From: Octopus vulgaris | Taxonomy: Eukaryota | Reading direction: 5' to 3' | DNA length: 64,000 nucleotides | Assembly (NCBI GenBank): GCA_951406725.2 | Contig: OX597823.1 | Location: 49,724,001-49,788,000 of the forward strand | Part shown: in pieces, positions 25,806 through 40,699 of the stretch | How the letters are laid out: each line of letters begins with the position of its first letter | Position numbering within the stretch: position 1 is the stretch's first letter | Notes under the pieces: generated by a model | The model's database searches: none | Told to the model about the DNA's origin: nothing | What the model saw: the letters and a program-made list of their open reading frames with translations, nothing else | Program-made: the position numbers and the translations under genes

Positions 25806-26524
25806 TATATGTGCATGTATGTTTTAGTTGCTATCCACCAAATCCACTCGTAAGGCTTTCATTTTCTTGGGACTATAGTAAGATGATACTAGCTGAAGGT
25901 GCCACAAAGTAGGGCTAAAAACAAATTTACATGTTTTGGGGAGTGAATTTATATTCATAGAATCATGCCTCTTGCCAGAACAAATGCAAATTTTATGAGC
26001 TGGATTTTAACAGTTGTTTATAAGCCACTTACAATTCTTTATTCTACCAACTGAGCTATCATGAGATGGAATATGATAGTTACAGTCTTGGGTCTGACAC
26101 TAAATGTTCTCTTTTAAAAGATTAAGTTTATTATGGTAGTCACTAAGTTTTCCTCGGGGAGATATAATTTTACAGATTTCAGAAAAATTAAATTCCGATA
26201 GAACATTGACTTGCATGTGACAGAAATTAAAAGACCAAATATATATTTCATGGGGAGCAGCAGAAAATGGAAAACCCAATTCTCTAAGTAGCAATAAGAT
26301 AGTAGCAACATTGATATTTTCCAATGAAGGAGTCTCTACATGGTTACTTACCCTGTTAGAAATAGCTATGAAATCTTCCTCAAATCACATCCACATGTCT
26401 TAAAAACGTAGGAAGGCAACATTGGACAGTATATTCCTGAATGTCATAAAATAAGATGAGATGATTTTCAGCGAAACATTTGATCAAGGATCTGTTTGTT
26501 TAGCACTGACCTGGGGTTTATATA

Positions 26525-27490
26525 CAGGGAGCAGACAGTATCTGTTCGCAATTTTCAACTGCTAATTTTTTTTACTTTCATTATTTTTTTTCACTTTCAT
26601 TATCAGTCTTCTTTTCCTTCTTAAAAACAATCACCATTTTTGCTTTATTATTTTGCAGAATAACTGGCTATGGAAAATTTTGAACCCTGCCCAATTTGTG
26701 GCAGAGGTGTGGAATCCTCTTTGGAGCTACACCAGAAGGACAAACAAAGAGATTTCAGACTTTCTCATCATCAGCAGAATGATGGTTAAAAAGGTCAGAA
26801 AGGAGTTGGAAGATTCAAGATTTGACTACAAGATGATAGCAAAGGGTAAAACCCATGATCAACGATTTGATGCCATCAGAATGCTGAAATTTATTGATGA
26901 AATCCAGGAGATCATCAACAATGATCCCAGCAAATCCATGTGTGTAATTACAAAGGAGAAATTTGGAGGTGAAAAGCTTACCAGGCTGGTGGTGCATGAG
27001 GACATTCTCAACTTTTTATACAAGATGAGGAAGGAACAATTTTTGTCCAGGATGATGCAGGAAAAGCAACCCAAGCACACCAAGAAGCTGATCAACAAGT
27101 TGAAACACCTGCTGGAGCCAGACAGGCTGTGGTTCTTCATTAACGGGAAGAAATTTTGCCAAGACCAGAAGATCAACACCCAGAATAATAGGTGAATTAC
27201 TGTCTCACCCAAGGGTATGCCCAAAGTCATGTAGAAAAAATTTCCAGTGATAATCATGATCCCTGGTGTCACCAGCAGTGAAGATGACATCACGTCACCC
27301 ACTTCTTCCCTGAGAGCCTCAGGCTGAATACTAACCAGGTAGCTACAGGGAGGCTGTATGTGTGGCAGCAAGACTGCAACCCTCTTGACTTTTTTGTGTA
27401 GGGTATGATGGAACATGAGACTACCAAATCCAGCTACATGAAGAACTTTTAGAAATGGACTGCTAACTTTGCAGGCTTAGACTAAAAGAG
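26525..27490 (+). mobile_element. Degenerate maT/DD37D-like Tc1-mariner transposase
   Basis: ORF 26653-27195 contains IINNDPSKSM..LVVHEDI..LWFFINGKKFCQDQKINTQNNR (decayed FSDEK motif). A related copy lies at 53253-53719. Confidence 0.75.
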
Positions 27491-28599
27491 GTGATTATTC
27501 TTTCGTAGACACTTGTTGATCATATAAGATCATGCACTTGGCTATATTAATCATACAGATGTATGAGATAAAGCAGAAATAGTATGGAGACGTGCTGCAA
27601 CAGCATGTCGCTGCAACCACCATCTGTTGGTGATTTCCTACTCCTGGTGAATGACACCTTTGCACCACTCAGACAACAATCGTCCAGCCCTTGGGTCTGT
27701 TTGGGGAGTCGTTGCTAATGAGGATTTTATAAGGTCAGAGTAAAATCCTACCTCAACCTCTTTTAGTTGTCTTTTACAACACACAGAAGAAATGTTGGGA
27801 CTACTGGCCAGCCCCAACACAGATGTCCTCCTCCTCCTCAACCTCCTCATCCTCATCATCAACATCATCATCATCATCATCATTTAGCTTCTGTTTTCCA
27901 TGCAGGTATCGGTTGAATGGTTTGACTAAGACTGGTAAGCCAGAGAGCTGTACCAGGCTCCAGTCTGATTTGGCTTGGTTTCTACAGCTGGATGCCCTTC
28001 CTGACATCAACCACTCCATGAGTGTAGTGGATGCATTTTATGTGTCACCAACACTGGCCATGACTACAATGTATGGGATAAAGATGATTGTTATTTACTG
28101 TCAAGTGCTACAAGGAATGATTCAGAGCAATTTGAAATTTTAGCAAATCATTTTCTTTTTTATATAGTTTACATAATACACCATAAAAGACAAAAGGTGA
28201 GAAAGAAATGGAAGAAGAGAGAGAGAATGATGCAGTTATCTATGCAGTAGGTGGCAGAGAGAGACTGTGTAATGCCTGAATTCTTTGTGAATGTGATGTA
28301 CATTGCTCAAAACCTCCAGTGGGAAAGATTCAGTCGGAAAGATTCAAGCAGAAAGGAAGAAGTATTGAAACATTAAGAACAGCAACAGTAAGAAGGAAAT
28401 GACAATAACTTCTATGACAACATCATATGAATCAAAAAATTCCTGGCTAAGCTCTCTTGACCTGTTAGAATGAACAACCAAATCTACTTATATAAACTTA
28501 TATAAAACAGAATACATTTGACAATGTCTTGCATAACCCTAAAAATATGGGATAGTCACAGATGGAATGCCTTTTATCATAGATCTGGTATGTAAGAAA

Positions 28600-28930
28600 G
28601 TGAATGCACATGGCTCAGTGGTTAGAGCATTGGGCTCACAATCATGAGGTAGTGAGTTCAAAGAGCTGTGTATTGTGTTTTTAAGCAAGACACTTTATTT
28701 CACGTTGCTCCAGTTTACTCAATTGTAGAAATGAGTTGCAATGTCACTGGTGCCAAGTTGTATCAGCCTTTGCCTCTCCCTTGTTTAACATTGGTTGCAT
28801 GGAGAGGGGAGGCTTGTATGCATGGGTGACTGCTGGTCTTCCATAAACAACCTTGCCCAGACTTGTGCCTTGGAGGGGAACTTTCTAGGTGCAATCCCAT
28901 GGTCACTCATGACTGAAGGAGATCCTTTAT
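28600..28930 (+). mobile_element. tRNA-derived SINE with RTE-like tail
   Basis: A-box TGGCTCAGTGGTTAG, B-box GAGTTCAA. Sister of 52393-52748. Confidence 0.8.
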
Positions 28931-29364
28931 GGTATATCAGAGTTGAGCTGGAGCTAAACAACAAAAGGCAATAAGAAAGCCTTTGCCTGTTCACTCGATC
29001 TGCTTGAAATAGCAGTGAAATCTCTTTCAAATCACAACATGCACTTCAAAAGAAGACACTTTAAAAGGGAGTCCAAGATAAACTACGACTGAAAGAAAAA
29101 GACTGGATGGGCATGACTGGAATGCCTTTGAGCATTGGTCAGTTCCGATCAAGATTGACATGAAACTTACCACCACCACCACCACAACAACAACAACAAC
29201 AACATTTTGCCATGTAAAAGTAATGATACTCTGGATGGAAAGAATCCTTCTCTGAATGAATCTATTCAAGCACATTGACCTGAGAAGTGGAGAAAGGCAA
29301 AGTGTAGACTTTAGCTTGCATTCTACTACTGGATCTGTAGTCTATATAGTGAAATGACCTGACC

Positions 29365-29638
29365 TGGGTTAGAATTAGGGTTTGGGTTTAGAGTTAGGGC
29401 TAAGGCTAGGTTAGGATTTAAGGTTTGTTTTAAGGTTAGGGTTTAGAGTTAGGATTAGACTAGTATTTAGAGTTAGGGTTAGACCTAGGGCTAGGTTAGA
29501 ATTTAAGGTTTGAGTTAGGGTCAGGATTTAGGGTTAGTGTTAATGTTAGGGTTTAGGGTTAGGGCTAGCGTTAAAGTCAGGATTTAGTGTTAGAGTTTAG
29601 GGTAAGGGCTAGGGTTTAGAATTGGAGTTAGAGTTAGA
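29365..29638 (+). repeat. Degenerate interstitial (TTAGGG)n array
   Basis: About 45 hexamers of TTAGGG/TTTAGG/TTAGAG variants. Confidence 0.8.
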
Positions 29639-30215
29639 TGGCATGCTAAAGTGTAAATGGCTTAGCAAACTGCACCCTAAAATGGCAGCAGGCAAAGTTA
29701 ACTTCAACAACATTTGCACTCAGATCATTAAAAGCCAACCCTTAACACAGCAGAACATTTTTGTCTGACACTCTATTAATTCTTACAAATCTACCATTTT
29801 CATGAAATGATATTGTCATGATCAAATGAATGTGATATTGGTGTGGTAATTTTAATATCATATTATCTGAGTGAGATTTTCTGTTGTTAAGGTGACAGAT
29901 ATATGATATGGACATAGTCTAATGAATGTGATATTGCAGTGGTAATATTGATTCCTTACAAAGGCACATAACCAGGAAGTTGGCAATATTATACTCATGA
30001 GGGAGGTGGATTAGCAGAACCATTAAAGTGTGAAATATTTAATGGCAAGTTAGATCAGACATGGTTGTGTGGTTGAGAAGCATCCTTCTCAACTATTTAT
30101 CACTGGCTTCAGTCCCACTCAATGGCACCTTGGGCAAGTGACTTCTACTTATAGCCCCAGACTGGCCAATGCCTTCTGAATGGACCTTGTAGATGTAAAC
30201 TGAAACAAAGACGCC

Positions 30216-30251
<36 letters not shown>

Positions 30252-30452
30252 TAGCAGAGATATGAGGATGTAAACACAACATCGGTTATCAAGTGATGGT
30301 AGGGGTACAAACAAACACACACACACACACACACAACAAATATACACATATATATGACAGTCTTCTTTCAGTTTCCCTGTATGAAACCCTCTCACAAGGC
30401 TTTGGTCGGCCTGAAGCTATGGTATATATATATAAAGATATATATATATATA

Positions 30453-31545
30453 TCTATATCTTTATTTATATAAAACTGAGAATGTGTGTCTGTCTGTGTG
30501 TTTCCCTAAAACTTGAGAACTACACAACTAATTTCATTCAAATTTTACACATGCCTTACTTAGGGTCCATGTAGTTTCATGGGCAAAAAAAATGTTCAAC
30601 TTCTTGCCTAGAGCGAGCCCATAGCAATATCATATCTTCTCCACTATTTCAGTATTACGTATTAAAAGTGAAACAAAAACATTTCTCTATTTTATGTCAG
30701 ATACTTTCACTTTAACAATAAAATAATAATAACAATTGAATTATATGTAGTAAATTATAATTAAAATCAAACTAAAGTGTATTATAATCGTAACATAACA
30801 AAAGTAAAAATAGCAATTGGTATAAAATTGCATCAATGACTTGAACTTGAATAAGTGGTTTCACATGAATGGAAATAAATTAAAAATAAAATTAGCGTGC
30901 AGAAATGGAATAGTCCAGATGGATAATAAAAAATTAAATTAAAGAAAAGACTATATCTAATCAGAGGCGGTAAATTCGCCACAATAGAAGCAAGGTTTGA
31001 GTCAACGGAGCGTTAAAGGGAGTACTCGACTCGAACTTGCAAAGTGGAAATATTTTATTATTACCTTTATATCTGGGACGTAGGACGTCCTGGAAAAAAA
31101 TTTTAAATGCCCCCTCCCCCAGAAGTAGAGGTAGGCTGGATTGTAGCCACACTTCTATACAAGAGGGAGGACAAGATACAATTGATCGAAATTACAAGAG
31201 ACAGGCTAACAATTCCAGTCTGTTATATATTTTGAGTATTGTTATCACTAGCGATATCAAGATATAACTTTGAATTTTGTATTTTATGTGTAGATGTATA
31301 TATATAGATGTACATGTAATATGTACACATATATATACACATATATACATGCACTAGCACTATGACCCAGCAACGACGGGTCTTTAATGCTAGTATATAT
31401 ATAAAACTGAGAATGTATGTGTGTCTGTCTGTTTGTGTGAATCCCTAAAACTTGAGAACTACACAACCAATTTCATTCAAATTTTACACATGCCTTACTT
31501 AGGGTCCATGTAGTGTCATGGGCAAAAAAAATTTCTAACTTCTTC
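30453..31545 (+). mobile_element. Non-autonomous Helitron (30453-31393) followed head-to-tail by a truncated second copy
   Basis: 5' TC, ATAAAACTGAGAATG..., 3' hairpin GACCC..GGGTC and CTAG at 31390-31393. The 5' ~140 bp is repeated from ~31400. Confidence 0.8.
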
Positions 31546-31616
31546 AATTAAATGGAGTCGCATGAAACGATTGTACTGCATTACCTCTGGATATCCTTGT
31601 TGCTTATTTTGATTTA

Positions 31617-31655
<39 letters not shown>

Positions 31656-31677
31656 CTATATATATATATATATATAT

Positions 31678-32800
31678 TGTTACGGTTGGCTAGGTGCATT
31701 TCTGGTGACCCACATAGGAATAATGGCACCATGATGTCTGGTGAAATGTGACGGGTTCTTTGTCTAATGGAGGACTGATGGGTTTTGGAATGACCTGTGA
31801 CCACGTGTGGTTGATAAGAGGGTCAGTGAGAATGTGAAAGAGGGACAGATTAAGGGCTGAGAGCAAATAGAGATAGGGTATAAGCAGTAGGGGACGGATG
31901 GAGAGGCTAAGAGACAGCAGGCGATATAGATAGAGTAAGGAATCAGATAGCAAATAGAAAGGCTAAGAGACAGCAGGCGATATAGATAGGGTATAAGGAC
32001 CAGGGCAGTTAGAAAGAGTAAGAGCGATATAGACAGAGGGAGATGAGGGGAGTGGAAGAAGGACAGAGACGAAGTGAGGTCTGGTAGTTCGCAGTTGGTC
32101 GTCAAGAAGGGCAGTCGCTGGCCGGTCCTCGAAGAAGACAGACGGACCTTGGATTTAAGGAGCAAGCGTTGGAATTCTTAGGAGCAAGTTGGATGCGAGA
32201 AAGCTTGGCGGCACAGAAGGGAATTAGCAGTATTCAGAGGAATTAGCAGTATTGAGAGGAATGGGACACTGGCAGATTCAGTTAGGAATTGAGGTATGTG
32301 TTTGTGCATTGATATGTGTCACAGTGTATTGAACAGTGAAAAGAACAGTCAAGGACTCTGTCGATGTGGTCGATAAAGGACATTGTGAAGAAGAAGAGTA
32401 AAGGACTTGTTGATTGTGATGTTTAGGAAGAGACTTTAAAGAACTGTTGTCTTGGGACGTGTACTCTTGAATTGTTACATGATGTTGTATTATGCTTTGA
32501 GTTGTACTCTTGAAATGCTGTTGTATTATGTATTGAGTAGTCACGTGCATGCTTTGATGTATCTTGATGTTGTAACAATTGTAATTGTCGTATAAACTGT
32601 TGTTTGAATATAAGCCAGTGTTGCCAGTTGTTGCCTTGCCTCTTTGGGTTGTATCTCGGGTTGTGCCTCTGTATCTCTGTGCTGTTGGGGTTGTGGCAGT
32701 ATCTATCTGTATCTCCTCTCTCCGCCTCTTTGGGTTCCGTGGCGGAACTTGTGAGCCGTTCGGGGCGAGCGACGACGGCGGGCGATTCCGTCCGTTTCGT

Positions 32801-32804
<4 letters not shown>
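31678..32804. mobile_element. Solo LTR (probably gypsy-type), ~1.13 kb
   Basis: Termini TGTTACG...CGTAACA, inserted in (TA)n, with internal short direct repeats and a CpG-rich 3' end. Confidence 0.75.
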
Positions 32805-32863
<59 letters not shown>

Positions 32864-33593
32864 CATATATCTATATATATAAACATATATGTACATACAT
32901 ACAGACATACATACATACATACATACATACATACATACATACATACATACATACATACATACATACATACATACATACATACATGCATGCATGCATACAT
33001 ACATACATAAATACATGCATACATAAATACATACATAAATACATACATACATACATACATACATACATACATACATACACACATACATACATACATACAT
33101 ACATGTATATATATCTTGTTGTTTGCAAGATATATATACATATAGTTTATCTTTTATCTTTTACTTATTTCAGTCATTAGATTGTGGCCATACTGGGGCA
33201 CCACCTATATATATGCATGGCCATTGGTATGTCATAAGAATTTTGCTTTCCAACCACATACTCTTGGGTTCAGTCCCACTGCATGGCACTTTGAGCAAGT
33301 GCCTTATATTATAGCTCTCAGGACCAAACAATACCTGGTGAGTGAATTTGGTAGGCAGAAACTGTATGGAAGCCTGTTGTATATACACAGACCACTTAAA
33401 AGTAAATAGACACCCCTCGTTATATCATCTTATCTGTGTGGATACTCGTGAATGCCCAAATGGATCAATCAATAAAACTACACAGACATGTCTAGCAAAG
33501 ACTAGATTAAGTATTTAGATGCACCAAATGACATTATTTTGCTTCTAGCAATAAATCATTCAAAAAACGATGGCGTCTATTTAATTCTCAGGT

Positions 33594-33635
<42 letters not shown>

Positions 33636-34789
33636 TTGTGTGTATGTGTTTGTGTTTGTTCCCCCTCTCTACCACTTGACAACTGGTCTTGGTTTATTTG
33701 CATCCCTGTAACTTAGTAGTTCAGCAAAGGAGACTTGAAAAATTAAAAATTAAAAAAACGAGTACTAGGGTCAATTTGTTCAACTAAACTCTTTGAAGCA
33801 GTGCCCCAGCATGACTGCAGTCGGGGGACTGAAACACATAAAAGCAAAATGTAAAAAATCTAAATTCTACAAACCACTTTGCTTGATACTAATGGTTCTG
33901 CCAATGCACTCTGCCCCTTTTGTTGTGGTGTTATTAATATCATATTGCCTTATTGAGTGTATTCTACTGCTAAGGTGACAGTTGTGTGATATTGGTGATA
34001 CTGTCATGTGTGTGTGTTTGTGTGTAAGATATGAGTGTGATATGTCAATGATCTAATAAGTGTGATAATACAAGTGCTGAATGAGTTCATAGGTGTAATA
34101 TTGCCAAGGTGTCATAAGCGTGACATATTTATCATATGATTCCAATATTTGCTATTATGCTGTTACGACCCGTTGCCTAATATTCTGAATCGTGTGATTC
34201 TAAATAAATTATTTCACCTATCTGTGAAATACTAATATGTTTACCATAAAAATTATTTGATTAGTATCACACTAGAAATATTTATGTCACAACACTGCTT
34301 CAGTTAATTCTGTTATTACTGTACGCGGTAAAAGGGGGCTCACACACTAAGTGAATACAAGGTTACTTTGTGTCCTTTTATCTAACGAACAAAAGGTTAA
34401 TGGTTCATTTCTATACTGATGGTTCTGGAAGGAGTTGTGAGAAAGTTCCGTTGCCGTTGGTGGTGTTGTTTAGCCTCTGGTTAGGCATGATGAAACAGAC
34501 AAAGGATCAAAAGCATATTAAGCAGTGACTTTAAGGTATGGTGTACTCCAGACAGCAGGAAGGATATGGTTTGAGGGAGATCTGACTGTTCTTTTGTTAT
34601 AACTGGTTGATCAACCACATGACAAATATTTGCTTGAGTTAAACAGCTATTCTTAAATAATTTTCATGGAACCAAAAGTATGGGATCATATGATGATGAT
34701 AACGATGGGCATGAGTGACGGTGGGGGTGGGATGTTAATAGTGGTGATGGGTTATTCACATTTAGTCATCATTATAATATAATGATAAG

Positions 34790-35335
34790 ATGGTGAGTTG
34801 GCAGAATTGTTAGCACTTCAGGCAAAATGCTTATCGGTATTTTATCTGCCGCTACGTTCTGAGTTCAAATTCCGCCGAGGTCGACTTTGCCTTTCATCCT
34901 TTCGGGGTCGATTAAATAAGTACCAGTTACACACTGGGGTCGATATAATCGACTTAATCCATTTGCCTGTCCTTGTTTGTCCTCTTTGTGTTTAGCCCCT
35001 TGTGGGCAGTAAAGAAATAGATATTTTGTCTGGCTTTATGTTCTGAGTTCAAGTTCCACCGAGGTTGACTTTGCCTTTCATCCTTTCAGGGTCGATTAAA
35101 TAAGTACCAGTTACACACTGGGGTCGATATAATCGACTTAATCTGTTTGTCTGTCCTTGTTTGTCCTCTTTGTGTTTAGCCCCTTGTGGGCAGTAAAGAA
35201 ATAGATATTTTGTCTGGCTTTATGTTCTGAGTTCAAGTTCCACCAGGGTCGACTTTGACTCTCATCCTTTCAGAAGTAATAAAATAAGTACCAGCCCTCC
35301 ACCAAATTTCAGGCCTTGTGCCTATAGAAGAAAGG
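34790..35335 (+). mobile_element. Tandem trimer of tRNA-derived SINE (~180-bp units)
   Basis: GTTCTGAGTTCAA..GACTTTG..CATCCTTTC is repeated at ~34856, 35040 and 35224. Confidence 0.85.
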
Positions 35336-35688
35336 ATTATAGTATAATGATGACTAAATGTGAATAACTTGACATCTTTCATTTGAGTGATTACCAAATA
35401 GATCTTTTAACTTCTTTCCGTTATTTGAAATAGCAAAAATATGCTAATAGGTGCAGGCATAACTGTAGGATAAGAAGTTTGCTTCCCAGCCCTATGGCTC
35501 TTGATTTGATCCCATCATGTGGCACTTAGGCAAGTGTCTTCTGCTATGACCTTAGGCCAATCACAGACTTGTGAGTGGATTTGGTAGATGGAAACTGAAA
35601 GAAGCCTATCATAATATATATATATATTTCTTACTCTGTAGATATTGTACCCATTTTGGCCACAACCTCTCCTCATCTAGATGGAGAC

Positions 35689-35917
35689 TTAACCCTTTCA
35701 TTACTGTATTTATTCTGAGATGCTCTGTGTTTCTTTCAATTATTTTAAATATAACAAAGAATTTAGTAAAATAACTTAGTTATCATTAAGCTAGTGTTAG
35801 GAACATAAATTGCAACTAAGGTTTGGTGGTATATTTTGATGCAAAACTTATGAAAACAAGACATTTGTACTACAGAGCCAGAGCCGGTTTTGGCCAGGTT
35901 AGTAACGAAAGTGTTAA
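35689..35917. mobile_element. piggyBac-type MITE
   Basis: TTAACCCTTTCATTAC ... GTAACGAAAGTGTTAA. Confidence 0.75.
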
Positions 35918-36336
35918 ATAGCCTGACCATATATAAAGGGCAAATTCCACCAATTTGCTCATATTTTGATGTCTTAGCTGAAGAAGGTTTTACTTTAAAG
36001 AGGTGAAATTCCCTTTTTATCTATTATGCAATCATCTAAATCATTCTAATTAAATGCATTCAAAATATATATCTATATCTATCTCTATATCTATATATTT
36101 TCTTATATCCTTTATCTTTTACATGTTTCTTTTATCCTTTATCTTTTACATGATTACATGTTTTAGTCAAACATATCAACTCCAGGACTTATTTTTTAAG
36201 CCTAGTTCTTATACTATTACTATTGGTCTCTTTCACTAAACTTCTTCGTTATGGGGATGTAAACACACCAACGTTGGCTGTCAAGCAGTGATGGGGGGAG
36301 GGATACAAACACAGACACACACATATAGATACACAA

Positions 36337-36369
<33 letters not shown>

Positions 36370-36682
36370 CAGATAGTGGTCTTCTTTCAGTTTCTGTCTA
36401 CCAAATCCACTCACAAGGCTTTGGTCTGCCTGAGGCTATAGTCGAAGACACTTGCCCTAGATGTCATGCTGTGGTATTGAACCCAGAATATATATATATA
36501 TGAAATAGAATAAGCAGAACAAGAGGTGACTCACGAGATAGCGAGTTTTGATAAAGTCACAGGACACTAGAAAAATAATTATAAAATAGACACTAAAATA
36601 ATAATGATAATAATAAAGCTGAAATGAAGACCAAATAAATAGTGCATGTATGAAGGGATACTGAAAGTCCTGGATTTAAGGG

Positions 36683-36744
<62 letters not shown>

Positions 36745-37402
36745 CTGCCTTGTCATGACATGCATCATAGTTGAAAATAAATATCACTGCCAGGTAAATG
36801 ATAGTCTTTATGCTAAATCTTTCATGAAAGCATGTCTGATTATAAGGAGTTAGATATCACCTTACACGGGAACAGGTGAGTGTCGGCAAGTGGAAGAGCA
36901 TCTGGTAACAGAAAATCTGCCTCAGCAAAATGCCATCTGACCCATGCCAGCATGGAAAAGTGCACATAAAACTGATGATGATGACAATGCTTACCAAGCA
37001 AAATTAATAGAAAACAGGGTGTATCCACATCTCAATATTGTCCCATGGATTTCTGGAAATAGTAGCTGGGTCTTTTTTGCCAAAAAATAAAGTAACACAC
37101 TGCCATCTTAGAAAAACAAGAAAAAGTAGTCCCTGTATAGAGGCCCCTGTTGTTGTTGTTGTTGGTAGTGGTGGTGGTGGTGGTGATATTGCTGCTGCTG
37201 CTGCTGCTGTTGTTGCTTAACTCCAGATCAAAATCTGGAATGCCTTTGATCTGGGGATAAAGGACAAGAAAATTTAAAATGCATTTTCACATAGTAATTA
37301 TTCCCTTTTGTTTCTTTTATTGTATGACAACAATAAAAACAGAAATAACTGAAAGAAGTCTGTCTCATATATGTATATATGTATATATATACATATATAC
37401 AT

Positions 37403-37972
<570 letters not shown>

Positions 37973-38728
37973 TTATCATCATCATCATCATCTTCATTTA
38001 ACGTCCATTTTCCATGCACACATGTGTCGGACGGTTGACAGGAGCCAGCCAGGTAGAAGACGACCCCAAGCTACATGTTTGTTTTAGCAGGGTTTTTACT
38101 GCTGGGTACCCTTGCTAACACCAACCACTCTGCAGAGTGGACTGAGTGCTTTTTATCAATGTGTGTGTTTGTGTGTGTGTGTCTTCACATCTGTGTTTAT
38201 CCCTACCCACTGCTTGATAATCAGTGTCGGAGTGTTTATGTACCCGAAACTTAGCAGTTCAGCAAAAGAGACCGTCAGAATAAGTACAAGGCTTAAAAAA
38301 AAAAAAAATTACTGGGGTCGATTCATTTCACTAAAAATTCTTCAAGGCAGTGCCCAAGCATGGCTGCATTCTAGTGACTCAAACTAAAGGGGGGTAAAAA
38401 TGAGATTTGTAGTCCGTAAAATTTTATAACAGAAATTTTTTAGTGAAGCTAGTTTCCTTTTCACTCAAAATTTTCCCATTTACATGATATAAATTATAGA
38501 CTTATATATACAAACTAACTACTGTACTACAAGTGAAGGATTTTTAATCACATTAAGCTAATACAGTATACTATGGTCAGTACCAGAACTAACGCCCAGC
38601 TAATCTCCCATTTTGATAAGATATTTGTTTCACCTCCCAAGATTATAAAATAGCTAAAAAAAACAACAAAAAGTAAAATTTGTCTTGTGTGTGTGTGTGC
38701 ATGTGCGTATGTGTGTATATATGTGTGC

Positions 38729-38804
<76 letters not shown>

Positions 38805-38830
38805 ATATACATGTATATATGTGTGTGTAA

Positions 38831-38871
<41 letters not shown>

Positions 38872-39359
38872 TGTATATATGTATGTATATATGTGTATAT
38901 ATATATGTGCATGTGTGTTTGTGTGTATTTATACTTGTATGTACACATGTAAGTATGTATGTTTGTATGCATGGATGTGTATATATGTGAACTTATGTAT
39001 ATACCTGTTCACTGGAGTTGATTACATTGAATTATTTATGTCGGGTCAGATGAAAATGATCTGCTACTGGGCAGTCATGCAAACCAGTCCTACCTGTTTC
39101 ATGGTCAGGCCATCACTGACTAAACCGACAAGCCACCCCAGAGTCACAACCCCCTATGTGAAGGGTGAATGAACTCTCTGACAAGATGAAAAATATAAAA
39201 CAATGTCCTGTCTACAAGGGCAGATGAACTCAATAAGGAGTCAAAACCCATCAAACAAACTTACAAATGGACCAAGGGCTGCAAAGAATCTTTTGTTACC
39301 ATATTTCTGTTGGAATACACTGCCTTTGTTCCATTTTTTCTTTTTTTTTTTTTTGAAAA

Positions 39360-40092
39360 TAATTGAGGCATGACTGTATGGTAAGGAGCATGCTTCTCAC
39401 CATACAGGTGGTGAGCTGCCGGAATCGTTAGCACCCCGGGTGAAATGCTTAGTGGTATTTCATCTGTCTTTACGTTCTGAGTTCAAATTTCCGCCGAGGT
39501 TGACTTTGCCTTTCATCCTTCAGGGGTCGATAAATTAAGTACCAGTTACGCACTGGGGCTGATGTAATTGACTTAATCCATTTGTCCCATGTGGGTAGTA
39601 AAGAAATAGGTATTTTGTCTGCCACTACGTTCTGAGTTCAAATTCCGCCCAAGGTCGACTTTGCCTTTCATCCTTTCGGGGTCGATAAATTAAGTGCCAG
39701 TTACACACTGGGGTCGATGTAATGGACTTAATCCCTTTGTCTGTCATTGTTTGTCCCCTCTATGTTTAGCCCCTTGTGGGCAATATAGAAATAAGAAGCA
39801 TGCTTCCCAACCATAAGCTTCTGAGTTCAGTCCCACTGTTAGGCAAGTGTCTTTTACTATAACTTCAGGTCAGCCAAAGCCTTGTGAGTGGATTTGCTTG
39901 ATGGAAACTGAAAGAAGCCTGTCATGTGTGTGTGTGTGTGTGTGTGTGACTTAGCAGTCCAGCAAAAGAAACCGATAGATAGGCTTATAAAGAATAAGTC
40001 CTGGGGTCAGTTTCTTCAACTAAAACCCTTTAAAGTAGTGCTCCAGCATGGCTACAGTCAAATGACTGAAACAAATAAAAGAATAAAAGAAT
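39360..40092 (+). mobile_element. CORE SINE interrupted by a dimeric tRNA SINE (39408-39795)
   Basis: Duplicated AGCATGCTTCyCAmCATA flanks the nested dimer. Confidence 0.75.
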
Positions 40093-40118
40093 AATTCAGT
40101 TAAATATCTTTGTCATTA

Positions 40119-40480
40119 TTAACCCTTTTGTAACTATATTTTTGTTGAAATATACTGCCTTTTGTTTCAATTATTTTTGAAAATAATGAGAAATTTAGAA
40201 AAAATAACTTTGTCACTATTCACCTTTTTGTTACCATATTTCAGTTGAAATACACTGCCTTCGTTTCAATTACTTCTGAAAATGAAGAATTTAGTTAAAT
40301 AACTTTGTCAATATTAACCTTTTTGTTACTATATTTCCTTTGAAATACACTGTCTTTATTTCAATTAGTTTTGAAAATAATGAAGAATTTAGTTAAATAA
40401 CTTCATTGTTATTAAGCAGGTGTTTAGAACATAAATTAACAAGGAGTTTTAATGGACGGTTTTAATTTGGATTACTTTAA
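40119..40480 (+). repeat. Three tandem ~98-bp copies of a piggyBac-MITE left end
   Basis: CCTTTTTGTTACyATATTT..GAAATACACTGCCTTT is repeated at ~40123, 40223 and 40318, with another copy at ~39290. Confidence 0.7.
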
Positions 40481-40699
40481 AACAGAAAGTCTTAAGCAGG
40501 TTGGCAGTAAGTTTTAAAAAGCTTGTGAGTTTAATTTTGCTGAGTCTCTTAGCTATCCCTTCACCTAACTGTCTCTCTCTATTAGACATATTGGCTTTGT
40601 CTTTTCTCTGACCCAAAAAAGACCAAGATGGAAGCAATTTTTTGATAAGGGTAAGAACCACTAAAGGTAGCTTAAATCTGTCCTGGCTAGTACCATCAT

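Noticed and set aside
34161-34293. Mini solo LTR TGTTACGAC...GTCACAACA
   Set aside because: The termini are imperfect, there is no clear TSD, and it is very short.
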